From: Myxococcales bacterium
Lineage (GTDB): Bacteria > Myxococcota_A > Polyangia > Polyangiales > DASUME01
Reading direction: 5' to 3'
DNA: 64,000 nt
NCBI GenBank assembly: GCA_047601445.1
Contig: JASGJH010000001.1
Coordinates: forward strand, 8,064,001-8,128,000
Made by a program: the position numbers and the translations under genes. Shown here one piece after another: positions 1 through 9,300 of the stretch. The notes beneath the pieces were generated by a model. The model ran no database searches. It saw only the letters and a program-made list of their open reading frames with translations, and was not told the DNA's origin. Numbering within the stretch: the first letter of the stretch is position 1; every line of letters begins with the position of its first letter.

Positions 1-1065
1 GGCGATCGGCTCGCCTCGTGTACCGCGACTTGTCATCTGCCCGAGTGTCGTGCGGGCTGCACCTGCGAGTGGTACGGCGGCGTGCGCTACATGTTCTGTG
101 CAGAGCAACTCACGGAGGTTCAGGCGCGGGCTGCCTGCGAAGACCTCGGCATGCGGCTGGTGCGGATCGGCACGGGCACGGAGCACACCTTCCTGCGCCA
201 ACGCACGCTGCAGGACGGCTACGGCAAGTTCCATCTCGGCGCCACTGACGAAGCTTCGGAGGGCACCTGGGTCTGGAATGATGGAACCGCGTTCTGGATG
301 GGGGTCGCGAACGGTGCGCCGATCAACGGGGAGTTCACCGCATGGGCGCCGGGGGAGCCAAACGCCTTCGTCGCAGGCGAGAACTGTAGCGAGGTGCAGA
401 GCATGCAGGGCTGGAACGACTGCACCTGCGATCAAGTGAAGCCCTTCGTGTGCAAGGAGCAGCGTGATCCCCTTGCAGTCTGCGGTGACGGCGTCGTCGG
501 CCCGGGCGAGGCCTGTGACGGCAGCAGCGTACTGTGCGATGACGACTGCTCGCCTGCGATCTGCGGCGACGGCGTCGCGAACGCAGCCGCTGGGGAGCAG
601 TGCGATGACGCTGCGACGCAGCAGTATTGTCAGCCCGACTGCACGGCCCGCGTGTGCCCTGCGGGTTGCTCATGCCTGCAGGTCGCAGGGCGTAGCTTCG
701 CAGTATGTCCGAGCGCCAAGACGTTCGGAGAAGCGGGGGTCGCATGTGGCCGCGCCGGGATGACGCTCGCACGCGTGCAGAGCTCGACCGTGGATCAAGC
801 CCTACGCGGCGCGGCCACAGGCGCCGGCATCGGTGAGTACTGGATCGGCGTGTTCGACATCGATCAGGCCGATCGCTGGCTGCGCAGCGATCTGTCTCCC
901 GCCTGGAACGGGACCGCGACCGGCACAGCGCAGGGCTATGCGAACTTTACGACCGGCGCGCCCTCGGGCGCCAGCAATCAGGACTGCCTCGCCGTGCTGC
1001 CGACGGGCAAGTGGCAGGACCGCAGCTGCACCGTGCAGAAGCCGTACGCCTGCGAGCAGCTCTGA
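1..1065 (+). CDS. C-type lectin domain protein with myxobacterial Cys-rich repeats (5'-truncated by window edge)
   Basis: Frame is open from base 1 (GDRLASCTATCHLPEC...). Two CTLD-like domains (LGATD..EGTWVW..WAPGEPN..C..WND.C; YWIG..DC..WQD.SC..YACE) flank CGDGV..GEACD / CGDGV..GEQCDD repeats. Confidence 0.85.
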   Translation, partial: GDRLASCTATCHLPECRAGCTCEWYGGVRYMFCAEQLTEVQARAACEDLGMRLVRIGTGTEHTFLRQRTLQDGYGKFHLGATDEASEGTWVWNDGTAFWMGVANGAPINGEFTAWAPGEPNAFVAGENCSEVQSMQGWNDCTCDQVKPFVCKEQRDPLAVCGDGVVGPGEACDGSSVLCDDDCSPAICGDGVANAAAGEQCDDAATQQYCQPDCTARVCPAGCSCLQVAGRSFAVCPSAKTFGEAGVACGRAGMTLARVQSSTVDQALRGAATGAGIGEYWIGVFDIDQADRWLRSDLSPAWNGTATGTAQGYANFTTGAPSGASNQDCLAVLPTGKWQDRSCTVQKPYACEQL

Positions 1066-1084
1066 TCGCAGGCGTACGAAGCCC

Positions 1085-2422
1085 TCACCTCAACGCTTCG
1101 AAGTTGGTCCACGGCTGCGAGGGGCGATCCCTCATGTAGCCGTCGAGCCAGTTCCATTGCGGGTGGCGCTTCATGAAGGCCTGGGCGTCGAAGGGTTGGC
1201 CGCAGGCGCGTCCCCAACGAGCCCACAGGGATAGGCGCTCGGCCATGCGGCTGTCGGCGACCTTGGCGTCGCAGGCGCCCCATGGGTTGTAGGGGCCGTG
1301 TTCGGAGACGCCGACCCGGGCGTCGTCGACTTCCAAGTGGCCGCAGATGGTGCGCGAGCTTGGGTGGTCGTCCTGCTCGAGGTACACGTCGTGGTGATCG
1401 GCGATCATGAGCTTGGCGGTCTCGACGTCGATCTTGCCGCGGTGCTGCTCGGCGAGTTGCATCCAGCGCAGGCGTCGCGCGCCGTTGCGGCGGATGTCGG
1501 TGAAGTCGTCGCCTTCGCCGACGCACTCCTGGTTGCGGATCTTGAGGTCGGTGGCGGTGTTGAAGCCGCAGTAGAAGCCGTCCTTGGTGGTCTGGAGGCC
1601 GGCGTGGTGGAGTCCGAGCTCGTAGTGAGCGATCTCGTTGGTCTTGGTGTCTCCGAGCAGCCAGCTGTTGGCGTAGCCGCCGTTGTTGCTGGTGGAGAAG
1701 AGTTTGCACCACTCGGAGATACTGTTGGCGTACTGGCTGGCCTTGCGGGAACGGTAGAACTCGGGCGAGCCCGAAGGGACGTAGCCGACGAAGTTCGAGA
1801 TGGTGGTCTCGGTGATCATCAGCCCTGCCGAGGTGAGCCAGAAGTCGGTCCCGCTCGCGATGTAGCCGGGCTCGCCCTGCATGAGGATGCGGTTTCCATC
1901 CTTCGGCACGATGTCGAAGATGATGTTGAAGGCGTCGCCGGCAGCGAAGCGGTCCCACGAGTTGTGCGCCATGACGATGCGGCCATCGCGCGTGTGTTTG
2001 CCGGTCGCTACGAAGGCGCTGCAGTGGTGTCCGCGTCGTCCCTGCCAGGGCTTGGGTCCGAGCTCGGGCTTTTGCTTCTGGACGTGGCTCGGCCACCAGC
2101 TGGAGAGCAGGTCCATGTAGCCGTTCCAGGCGAGTAGCGCCGAGTAGGGCACCTCGGCTCCCTCGGCAATGCCGTGGAGTTCGGCCGCGAACTCGTCATC
2201 CAGATGATCGGAGAACTGCTCGAGCGCGGCCTTCTTGAAGGTCTCGAAGCTCTCGCCGGTGTCCCAGGTGGCCAGGAATTCCGCCGTCCGAATGACGTCC
2301 TTGATTTCCTTGGCGAGCACCTTGCCGTGCTGCAATCCGCGCTCGTAGGGAGCGCCCTCCAGGTGTACGAACACCCAACCCGCCTGATCTCTTCGGACAG
2401 CAGGCTTATTCTTGTCGGCCAT
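1085..2422 (-). CDS. Ntn-hydrolase, peptidase C45 / phospholipase B-like family
   Basis: N-terminal GxPYERGxQHG motif; internal HH|CSAF autocleavage site with Cys nucleophile; HNSW; ETTI; NNGGYANSW. No signal peptide. RBS GAGGAGG. Confidence 0.85.
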   Translation of the reverse strand: MADKNKPAVRRDQAGWVFVHLEGAPYERGLQHGKVLAKEIKDVIRTAEFLATWDTGESFETFKKAALEQFSDHLDDEFAAELHGIAEGAEVPYSALLAWNGYMDLLSSWWPSHVQKQKPELGPKPWQGRRGHHCSAFVATGKHTRDGRIVMAHNSWDRFAAGDAFNIIFDIVPKDGNRILMQGEPGYIASGTDFWLTSAGLMITETTISNFVGYVPSGSPEFYRSRKASQYANSISEWCKLFSTSNNGGYANSWLLGDTKTNEIAHYELGLHHAGLQTTKDGFYCGFNTATDLKIRNQECVGEGDDFTDIRRNGARRLRWMQLAEQHRGKIDVETAKLMIADHHDVYLEQDDHPSSRTICGHLEVDDARVGVSEHGPYNPWGACDAKVADSRMAERLSLWARWGRACGQPFDAQAFMKRHPQWNWLDGYMRDRPSQPWTNFEALR

Positions 2423-2449
2423 CTGAAACCTCCTCTTCGGTGCGTGCGC

Positions 2450-3355
2450 TCAGTGCGGTCGTGCGTTCTGGCCCGGTCGCGCCGCGACCTCGGGGCGCTT
2501 CGGGAGGGGAGGAGGTTCCCCGGTCGACGGATAATCCGGAACCAACGGAAACTTGGGCGGGCCGTCGATGATGATCTGTGAGCTCACCTTCTGCTTCGCA
2601 TCGATCTGGATCAGCTCGCCAGAGCGCAAGAGGCGCCAGTCGGGGCTGTCGTCGAGGGGCTCGCTGGCCACCACCACGCACGGACGATCCGTCATGTGGT
2701 GAGAGTGAACGCCCAATTGACGGCTCGAGTAGTGGAGGGGACGTCCGCCATGTCGGCCACCCTTCTCGCGCTCGAGCACGTAGAGCTTGTCCGTCTCTGG
2801 GTAGCGAAAGGCGAACAGCTCCGTGGGCGTGGCGATCAAGCAGTTGATGGAGCAGACCGGGAGGTTGTCGACGACCCAGCGCACGGCGGCGTTCAGGCCG
2901 GCCTTGATGTCTCCGTTGTGTTGACGGATTTCCTTGGTGATCAGCGCGAAGTATCGCTCGGAGTCGGTCTGGCCTTTCACCAGTGAGCGCTCTTCACCGA
3001 GATAGGCCTCGAGCCGGTCGAGTCCGCCGAGCATGCCGTTGTGAGCGAAGATCCTGCCGTCCATGGTGAACGGATGGCAGTTCTCGGGCGTCTTGGGGCC
3101 GGTCGTCGCGAACCGAATGTGCGAGACGAACACTTGGGAATCGATCTTCTTCGCCTCGCGCCTGAAGGCGGGATCCTCGTACGCAGGGAGCGGCTCCTTG
3201 TCGAGGACGGGCGAGCCATCGGGCTTGAAGAACCCGAGGCCGGTGCCGTCTGGATTGCGCCTACTCTGATTCATGAGGCTGTCGGGCGCCTCGATTAGCC
3301 AGAACTTGGCGCTCACGCTCTCGGGCGCTGCGCTGAGACCAAACAGTCTGCACAT
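2450..3355 (-). CDS. Class II glutamine amidotransferase (EgtC/YafJ-like)
   Basis: M-C-R N-terminal nucleophile; NPDGTG; HIRFAT; NCHPF; FAHNG; GQTDSE; VASEPL. Confidence 0.9.
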   Translation of the reverse strand: MCRLFGLSAAPESVSAKFWLIEAPDSLMNQSRRNPDGTGLGFFKPDGSPVLDKEPLPAYEDPAFRREAKKIDSQVFVSHIRFATTGPKTPENCHPFTMDGRIFAHNGMLGGLDRLEAYLGEERSLVKGQTDSERYFALITKEIRQHNGDIKAGLNAAVRWVVDNLPVCSINCLIATPTELFAFRYPETDKLYVLEREKGGRHGGRPLHYSSRQLGVHSHHMTDRPCVVVASEPLDDSPDWRLLRSGELIQIDAKQKVSSQIIIDGPPKFPLVPDYPSTGEPPPLPKRPEVAARPGQNARPH

Positions 3356-3507
3356 AAACTCTCCCCCGGTGTGGTGACTTCTTCAATCTACCGGCCGATG
3401 CTCGCGACGCCACGACGTGCCGCGCATTCGCGCGACTTCCGACGTCGTGGCGATCTGCGCGGCCTGGTCCTCATTGCGTGCGCATGCGCGCAGAGCCGCT
3501 CGCGTGC

Positions 3508-4899
3508 CTAGCACTTGATCGAGCGCTTGTAGTGATCGTGCAGCACGGGCGGCGTCGCGTTGCCGCCATGCTTCTCCAGATAGGCGATGGCCGACTCGAG
3601 GTCGTTGGCAAGGATGTTGACGCAGTCGTGGTTGAGATGAGGGCGAACGACGATACGCAGGGTGCGCACGTCCTGGGCGTCGGGCGGCATGGTGTAGGCC
3701 GAGACCACCCAGCCCTTTTCGCGGACCTTGTTGGAGATGTCGAACTCGTTGTAGTTCTTGATGCCCGGCTTGAGCGACATCGCCACCACGGGGATGCGCT
3801 GGGTCTTGTTGAGGAGGTCGAACTTGCCGGTCTTCAGCAACCGCTCGCGCAGGAAGATCGAGTTGTCCAGAGCGTGCTGCATGATGCGCGTGTAGCCGTC
3901 GCGGCCCAGGCGCAGCATCTGGTAGTACTGCATCAGCACGGTGGCCGCGCCCTTGCTGAAGTTGAGCGTGGCAGTGGGGGCCTCGCCACCCAGATAGTTC
4001 ACGTAGAACACGAGGTCCTCTGGGTACACGGAGCGCTCGCGGAACACGATCCAGCCGAGGCCCGGGTAGACCAGGCCGAACTTGTGGCCCGAGGTGTTGA
4101 TCGACTTGACGCGCGGGAAGCGGAAGTCCCAGGCGTAGTCGGGGTAGAGGAAGGGGTTCACGAAGCCACCCGAAGCGGCGTCGATGTGCATCGGGATGGA
4201 GATGCCGGTGCGACGCTCGTAGTCGTCGAGCCAGTCGTGGATGCCCTTGATGTCGTCGTCTTCGCCCGTGAAAGTCTGGCCGGCGATGGCCACCACGCAG
4301 GTGGTGTTTTCGTCGACGAACTCTGCGAGCCGCTCGGGCGTGAGGCGGTAGTCGCCGCGTTTGAGCGGGACGATGCGGGGCTCCACGTCGAAGTAGCGCA
4401 TGTACTTCTTCCAGACGATCTGCACGTTGCCGCCGGTGACGAGGTTGGGACGGCTGGCATCCTTGCCCGCCTGTTGGCGCTGCGCGCGCCAGTTCCACTT
4501 GTGGGCGAGGCCGCCGAGCATGCAGGCCTCTGACGAGCCGATGGTCGCCGCGCCGTAGGCCTCGACGCCCTTGGGGCCGTTCCACAGGTCGTGCAACCAG
4601 TTCACGACCTTGGACTCGGTGAGCTTGGTGTGCGGGTACATGTCGGGGTCGGCGAAGTTCTTGTGCGCGTGCTCCACGTAGATGTCGCGCAGCTCGGGCT
4701 CGACGAAGGTCGTCACGAACGACGAGAGGTTCAGCTCGGGGTTGGCGTCCGTCCAGGTCTCGCTGTTGACGATGGCCTTCGCCGCGCGCGCGCTGATGCC
4801 CGTCTCGGGAAACTCGGTCGGGATCTCGATGTTGAACTGATCGTAAGGAGTGACCGCGGCGACCTTGGAAAGCTCGCGTTCTCCGCTTGGACTTAGCAT
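3508..4899 (-). CDS. gadB: Glutamate decarboxylase (PLP-dependent)
   Basis: NLSSFVTT; TIGSSEACMLGG; VWKKY..YFDVE; HIDAASGGF; SINTSGHKFGLVYPG with the PLP lysine. Start moved to ATG 4899 after AAGGAG. Confidence 0.93.
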   Translation of the reverse strand: MLSPSGERELSKVAAVTPYDQFNIEIPTEFPETGISARAAKAIVNSETWTDANPELNLSSFVTTFVEPELRDIYVEHAHKNFADPDMYPHTKLTESKVVNWLHDLWNGPKGVEAYGAATIGSSEACMLGGLAHKWNWRAQRQQAGKDASRPNLVTGGNVQIVWKKYMRYFDVEPRIVPLKRGDYRLTPERLAEFVDENTTCVVAIAGQTFTGEDDDIKGIHDWLDDYERRTGISIPMHIDAASGGFVNPFLYPDYAWDFRFPRVKSINTSGHKFGLVYPGLGWIVFRERSVYPEDLVFYVNYLGGEAPTATLNFSKGAATVLMQYYQMLRLGRDGYTRIMQHALDNSIFLRERLLKTGKFDLLNKTQRIPVVAMSLKPGIKNYNEFDISNKVREKGWVVSAYTMPPDAQDVRTLRIVVRPHLNHDCVNILANDLESAIAYLEKHGGNATPPVLHDHYKRSIKC

Positions 4900-4943
4900 G
4901 GCGTGTAACTCCTTCTTTCTTTCACGGTACCCACCGCGCGCCC

Positions 4944-6182
4944 TCAAAGTGTTCGCCGCGGTGGCACCAGGCTACCCGCGAGCATCAATCCGGTGGCGAG
5001 GGCTACCGCGACCAGCAGCGCGGAAAAGCCGATGCGTACCCCTTCCAGGGGCTGTGCGGCCACGAGCGCGCTCGCGCTGCGATAGCCGAGGGCACCGGGC
5101 ACCAGCACGAGCACGCCGGGCACGCTGGTGAGCAGAGCAGGGCGCTCCAGGTGTCGCGCGAGCGCGTTACCGGTGGCGCCCACCACGAACGCTCCTACGA
5201 ACGAACCGATCTCGACCCCGAACAAGGGACTCACCGTACGTCCACTGAGGAAGCCGATCAGTCCGGCGAGGAAGAACCAGCCGAGGTCGCGCAGCTCGGT
5301 GCGCAGCCGCATGGCGAGCCCGAGCACGGCCGGACCGAGCATGCAGAGCTGGGCAGGCAGCGACCAGGCGATGCGCTCCGTGGGCGCCACGGTCGCTGGC
5401 AAGACGCGCTGAAGCTGCGTGCCAACCGCGACGCCGAAGATCAACTGCGCGAACACCAGGCTCGCTCCGATGAGTCGTGCGCTGCCGGTCACAACGTCCT
5501 TCGACGCTAGCTCCTCCGCAGCCGTGACGAGCGAAAGGCCCGGCAAGAGTGGGATCAGTGCTCCGACGATGGCGGCTTCTCGGGCGAGCGGCGGCCAGGT
5601 GGCTGCGAGCCATGTAACGGTCGCTCCAGCGATCACGCCGGCCAGCGCGGTGAACTCGCGCGTGAACTTTCGGTGCCGTTCGGCCAGCAGTTCGCCGGCA
5701 TCCAGTAGTGCTCCGGCCAGCGCGGCGGCGACCGCTTCACGAAGGCCACCTCCGAGCAGGCCACACCATCCGGCTGCGCCGAGTGCGGCCATGAGCATGC
5801 GCAGCGCGGACGAGACCGGCGTTGTGCGCATGCCAAACAGCCCCACATCGCGTCTACGTGCCGCCAGCTGCGCGAGCTCGAGGCGCGCCGCTGCGGGTGC
5901 GAGCGAACCATCGAGGAGCCGGTGCACGATGCGGTCCAGCACGGTGAGTGCGCCGAGGTCCACATCCGTAGGAGTCACGCGCGTGAGGGACGTGCGAGAG
6001 TGTTCCTCTGCCTCGAACGTGACGATAAGGGCTGTCACGGTGGCGAAGACCTCGACCTCGATGCCCAGACGCTGTGCCACTTCCTCCAGCGCGAGCTCGA
6101 CGTGACGGCACGGCACGCCGTGGCGCTGCAGCATGCGCCCGAGTTCGAGGATGAGGGCTCTGTGCGATTCGGTGTCCGACAC
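4944..6182 (-). CDS. Threonine/serine exporter (ThrE) family membrane protein
   Basis: LG..L...G....VE N-terminus; DLGAL; duplicated L(L/V)PG helical motifs; about 10 hydrophobic segments. Confidence 0.85.
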   Translation of the reverse strand: MSDTESHRALILELGRMLQRHGVPCRHVELALEEVAQRLGIEVEVFATVTALIVTFEAEEHSRTSLTRVTPTDVDLGALTVLDRIVHRLLDGSLAPAAARLELAQLAARRRDVGLFGMRTTPVSSALRMLMAALGAAGWCGLLGGGLREAVAAALAGALLDAGELLAERHRKFTREFTALAGVIAGATVTWLAATWPPLAREAAIVGALIPLLPGLSLVTAAEELASKDVVTGSARLIGASLVFAQLIFGVAVGTQLQRVLPATVAPTERIAWSLPAQLCMLGPAVLGLAMRLRTELRDLGWFFLAGLIGFLSGRTVSPLFGVEIGSFVGAFVVGATGNALARHLERPALLTSVPGVLVLVPGALGYRSASALVAAQPLEGVRIGFSALLVAVALATGLMLAGSLVPPRRTL

Positions 6183-6407
6183 GGAGCTTTCCGTTCAGGG
6201 TTTGTCCGACGCAGTCGATCTTTCGACATACAGCGTGGCACATGTTTGCCGCGCCATTGAGTCACACGCGCACTCTCGGCGCGCCGCACGCGTTTGCACC
6301 TCATCTCGTGCTTACGTGTCGGCGCGCGACAGACCACGAAGCTCGAGTAGAGTGATGAAACGAGGCGGCCGACGGTCGACTCTACGCGGCGAACGTCCGG
6401 GGGTTGT

Positions 6408-8213
6408 ATGTGCGGAATCTGCGGCGAAATCAGGTTCGATCTCGCAGGTAAGACGGCGTCCGTGGACGTCGCGGCAGTGGACAGGATGACGGCTGCAATG
6501 AGCACGCGGGGGCCCGACGCAAGTGGTGTCGTGGCGCGTAGTCGCATTGCGTTCGGTCACCGTCGCTTGCGCATCATCGACCTCTCCGAGCACGCGGAGC
6601 AGCCCATGGTCGATGCGGACCTCGGGCTCTCCATCGTCTTCAATGGCGCCATTTACAACTACAAGGAGCTGCGCGCCGAGCTCGAGGGGCGCGGTCGCCG
6701 CTTCTTCTCGCATGGAGATACCGAGGTCATTCTCAAGGCCTACGCGGAGTGGGGCGAACGTTGCGTGGAGCGCTTGAGCGGCATGTTCGCCTTCGCAATC
6801 TGGGAGCGCGATAGCGGTCGCGTGTTTCTCGCCCGTGACCGCCTGGGCATCAAGCCGCTCTATTTGGCGCCCCTGGCCGACGGGATTCGCTTCGCGTCCA
6901 GCGTGCCGGCGTTGCTTGCGTCGGGCGGGATCGACACGGAAATCGACCCGGTGGGCTTGCACCACTACATGACCCTGCATGCCATCGTGCCCGCGCCACG
7001 CACCTTGCTGCGGGGCGTGCAGAAGCTGGAGCCCGGCACCACGCTGACCATCGAGAGTGATGGCAGGCAGCGTCGTCGGCGCTACTGGGGGCTCACCTTC
7101 ATGACGCCCGAGGCCGATCGCGAGACCTCGCTGGCTGGGTTTCAGGATCGTGTGCTGGCCACGCTGCGCCGCAGCGTCCGGCGGCGCACCGTGGCGGACG
7201 TGCCAGTCGGTGTGTTGCTTTCAGGCGGGTTCGACTCGAGCCTGATCGTGGCGCTGTTGACCGAGCTCGCCACGGGCCCCGTCGAGACGTTCTCCATCGG
7301 CTTCGAGTCCGTGGGTTCCGAGACCGGCGACGAGTTCCATTACTCCGACCTCATCGCGCGTCACTTCGGTACGCGCCACCATCGCATCTTCGTCGACTCG
7401 GCCACGGTGATCGACCACATCCCGGGCTGCGTCGCGGCCATGAGCGAGCCCATGGTGAGCCACGACGTGATCGGCTTTTACCTGCTGAGTCGGGAGGTTT
7501 CCAAGCACGTCAAGGTGGTGCAGAGCGGACAGGGCGCGGACGAGATCTTCGCGGGATACCGCTGGTACCCGCCGCTGTTGGCGGCGGATGGCGAAGACAG
7601 CGTGGAGGCCTATCGGCGTCTCTTTTTCGACCGCGATCACGCGGCCTACCGCGAGGCCGTGCACCCGCGCTTCGCGGGCGACGACCATACGCTGCGCTTC
7701 GTGGCGGAGCACTTTGCCAGGCCGGGGGCGGCGCGCACCATTGATCGTGCGCTGCGCATCGACTCCACCGTGATGCTGGTCGAGGACCCCGTGAAGCGAG
7801 TGGACAACATGACCATGGCCTGGGGCCTCGAGGGGCGTGTTCCGTTCCTCGACCACGAGGTCGTGGAGTGCGCCGCCGCCATCCCGGCGGAGTTCAAGAC
7901 GCCGCACGGGGGGAAACACGTGGTCAAGCAGGCCACGCGACATCTCTTGCCCGCCGAAGTGGTGGATCGTCCCAAGGGCTCGTTTCCGGTGCCCACACTC
8001 GTCTATCTTCGCGGGCCGCAGCTCGAGCTGGCGCGCGAGGCCGTGACCTGCCGCGCTGCCCGTGAGCGCGGCCTGTTCCAGGAGGCCTACGTCCAGAAAC
8101 TGTTGAGGGACCCAGAGAAGTACATCACGCCGCTAAAGGGGTCGGAGCTGTGGCAAATCGCCGTGCTCGAGATGTGGCTTCAGACCCACGTGGATGGAGC
8201 GTTCAAGTCATGA
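6408..8213 (+). CDS. Asparagine synthase-like amidotransferase, N-acetylglutaminylglutamine (NAGGN) amidotransferase type
   Basis: MCGICGE; GHRRL.IIDL; FNGAIYNY; RDRLGIKP; LLSGGFDSS; subfamily-typical EPMVSHD, VVQSGQGADE, LVEDPVKRVDNMTMAWGLE, WQIAVLEMWLQ. Confidence 0.9.
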   Translation: MCGICGEIRFDLAGKTASVDVAAVDRMTAAMSTRGPDASGVVARSRIAFGHRRLRIIDLSEHAEQPMVDADLGLSIVFNGAIYNYKELRAELEGRGRRFFSHGDTEVILKAYAEWGERCVERLSGMFAFAIWERDSGRVFLARDRLGIKPLYLAPLADGIRFASSVPALLASGGIDTEIDPVGLHHYMTLHAIVPAPRTLLRGVQKLEPGTTLTIESDGRQRRRRYWGLTFMTPEADRETSLAGFQDRVLATLRRSVRRRTVADVPVGVLLSGGFDSSLIVALLTELATGPVETFSIGFESVGSETGDEFHYSDLIARHFGTRHHRIFVDSATVIDHIPGCVAAMSEPMVSHDVIGFYLLSREVSKHVKVVQSGQGADEIFAGYRWYPPLLAADGEDSVEAYRRLFFDRDHAAYREAVHPRFAGDDHTLRFVAEHFARPGAARTIDRALRIDSTVMLVEDPVKRVDNMTMAWGLEGRVPFLDHEVVECAAAIPAEFKTPHGGKHVVKQATRHLLPAEVVDRPKGSFPVPTLVYLRGPQLELAREAVTCRAARERGLFQEAYVQKLLRDPEKYITPLKGSELWQIAVLEMWLQTHVDGAFKS

Positions 8214-9235
8214 CACTGTTCAAACCCGGCGCCGCACGGACCAAATCCGGCGGCCTATGGCGGTTCTTCCCCGCGTCTCACCTGGCAGACGCGAGCCTCG
8301 ATCCTTCGTCACGGTTGATCCTCGCGGAGGCCATGCGACGCGGCATCGAGGTCGAGATCCTGGACGAGCGCGCGGAGTTCTTCCGCTTGACCCAGGGTGG
8401 GCGGTCGGTGATGTGCCGGGAGTCGCTGAGCGAGCTGACTTCGGCCATCGCGCTGACCCGCTGCGACGACAAGCGCCTCACGGCGCGCTTTCTGGGCGCG
8501 GCTGGCATCCGCATGCCTCCGCAGATCGAAGCCGACATCCCCGAACGCAACGAGTCCTTCTTGGAGGAGCATCGCTCGATCGTGGTGAAGCCCGCGCGCG
8601 GAGAGCAAGGGCGCGGCGTGAGCATCGGGATTCGCAGCCTGGAAGCCATGCACCAGGCCATCGAACACGCTCGCGAGGTGGGCGGGCCGGTGGTGCTGGA
8701 GCAGGTGGTCACGGGAGAAGACGTGCGGATGGTCGTGATCGACTTCCGCGTGGTGGCGGTGGCGGTGCGCAGGCCGCCACGCGTCGTGGGCACGGGACGG
8801 CACACCATGGCCGAACTGATCGCAGAGGAGAGCAAGCGTCGCTCCGCCGCCACACACGGCGCGAGCCGGATTCCCTTCGACGCCGAGACGCGCCGCTGCG
8901 TTCGCGAGTCCGGCTACGAGCTCGAGGACGTGCCACCCGCGGGCCGCGAGGTCGTCGTGCGCAAAGGGGCGAACGTTCACACGGGAGGCGGCATCTACGA
9001 CGTGACCTCGGAGATCGCGCCGGCGTTGATCGAGGTGGCAGAGAAGGCTGCCCGGGTGCTCGATATTCCCGTTGTTGGGATCGACATGATCGTGCCGTCG
9101 ATCCACGGTCATGAATACTGGATCATCGAGGCCAATGAGCGGCCGGGACTCGCGAACCACGAACCGCAGCCCACTGCGGCGCGCTTCGTGGACTTGCTGT
9201 TTCCACCGTCAGTCGGGCCGCTCGACGGAGGTTGA
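8210..9235 (+). CDS. ATP-grasp ligase homologous to the C-terminal half of Ngg (NAGGN synthetase); GNAT domain absent
   Basis: EAMRRGIEVE; CRESLSELTSA; CDDK; VVKPARGEQGRG; ANVHTGG; IEANERPGLANHEPQPTA. ATG 8210 overlaps the upstream TGA (ATGA). Confidence 0.85.
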   Translation: MTLFKPGAARTKSGGLWRFFPASHLADASLDPSSRLILAEAMRRGIEVEILDERAEFFRLTQGGRSVMCRESLSELTSAIALTRCDDKRLTARFLGAAGIRMPPQIEADIPERNESFLEEHRSIVVKPARGEQGRGVSIGIRSLEAMHQAIEHAREVGGPVVLEQVVTGEDVRMVVIDFRVVAVAVRRPPRVVGTGRHTMAELIAEESKRRSAATHGASRIPFDAETRRCVRESGYELEDVPPAGREVVVRKGANVHTGGGIYDVTSEIAPALIEVAEKAARVLDIPVVGIDMIVPSIHGHEYWIIEANERPGLANHEPQPTAARFVDLLFPPSVGPLDGG

Positions 9236-9300
9236 GGCGGCAAAGCCGCGGACGCATCGAGAGTACTGGTGAGCGAGGTACCCAACCGTGCGAGGTGTCT

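Noticed and set aside
955..972. Additional copy of the palindromic repeat inside the lectin gene
   Set aside because: Only the GC-rich core matches. It is antisense, mid-domain (GAPSGA) and lacks the flanks, so it is plausibly chance.
6236..6250. Sigma-54 promoter in the divergent gap (TGGCACATGTTTGCC)
   Set aside because: GG-to-GC spacing is 9, not the required 10, on both strands. It may still be a palindromic operator.
6408..8213. Lasso peptide cyclase or plain AsnB
   Set aside because: The N-terminal Cys GATase domain is intact, NAGGN-subfamily motifs are present, and there is no B protein or precursor peptide.
8210..9235. Cyanophycin synthetase
   Set aside because: Only the ATP-grasp part is present. 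There is no Mur-ligase domain or cyanophycinase, and motifs and context match Ngg.
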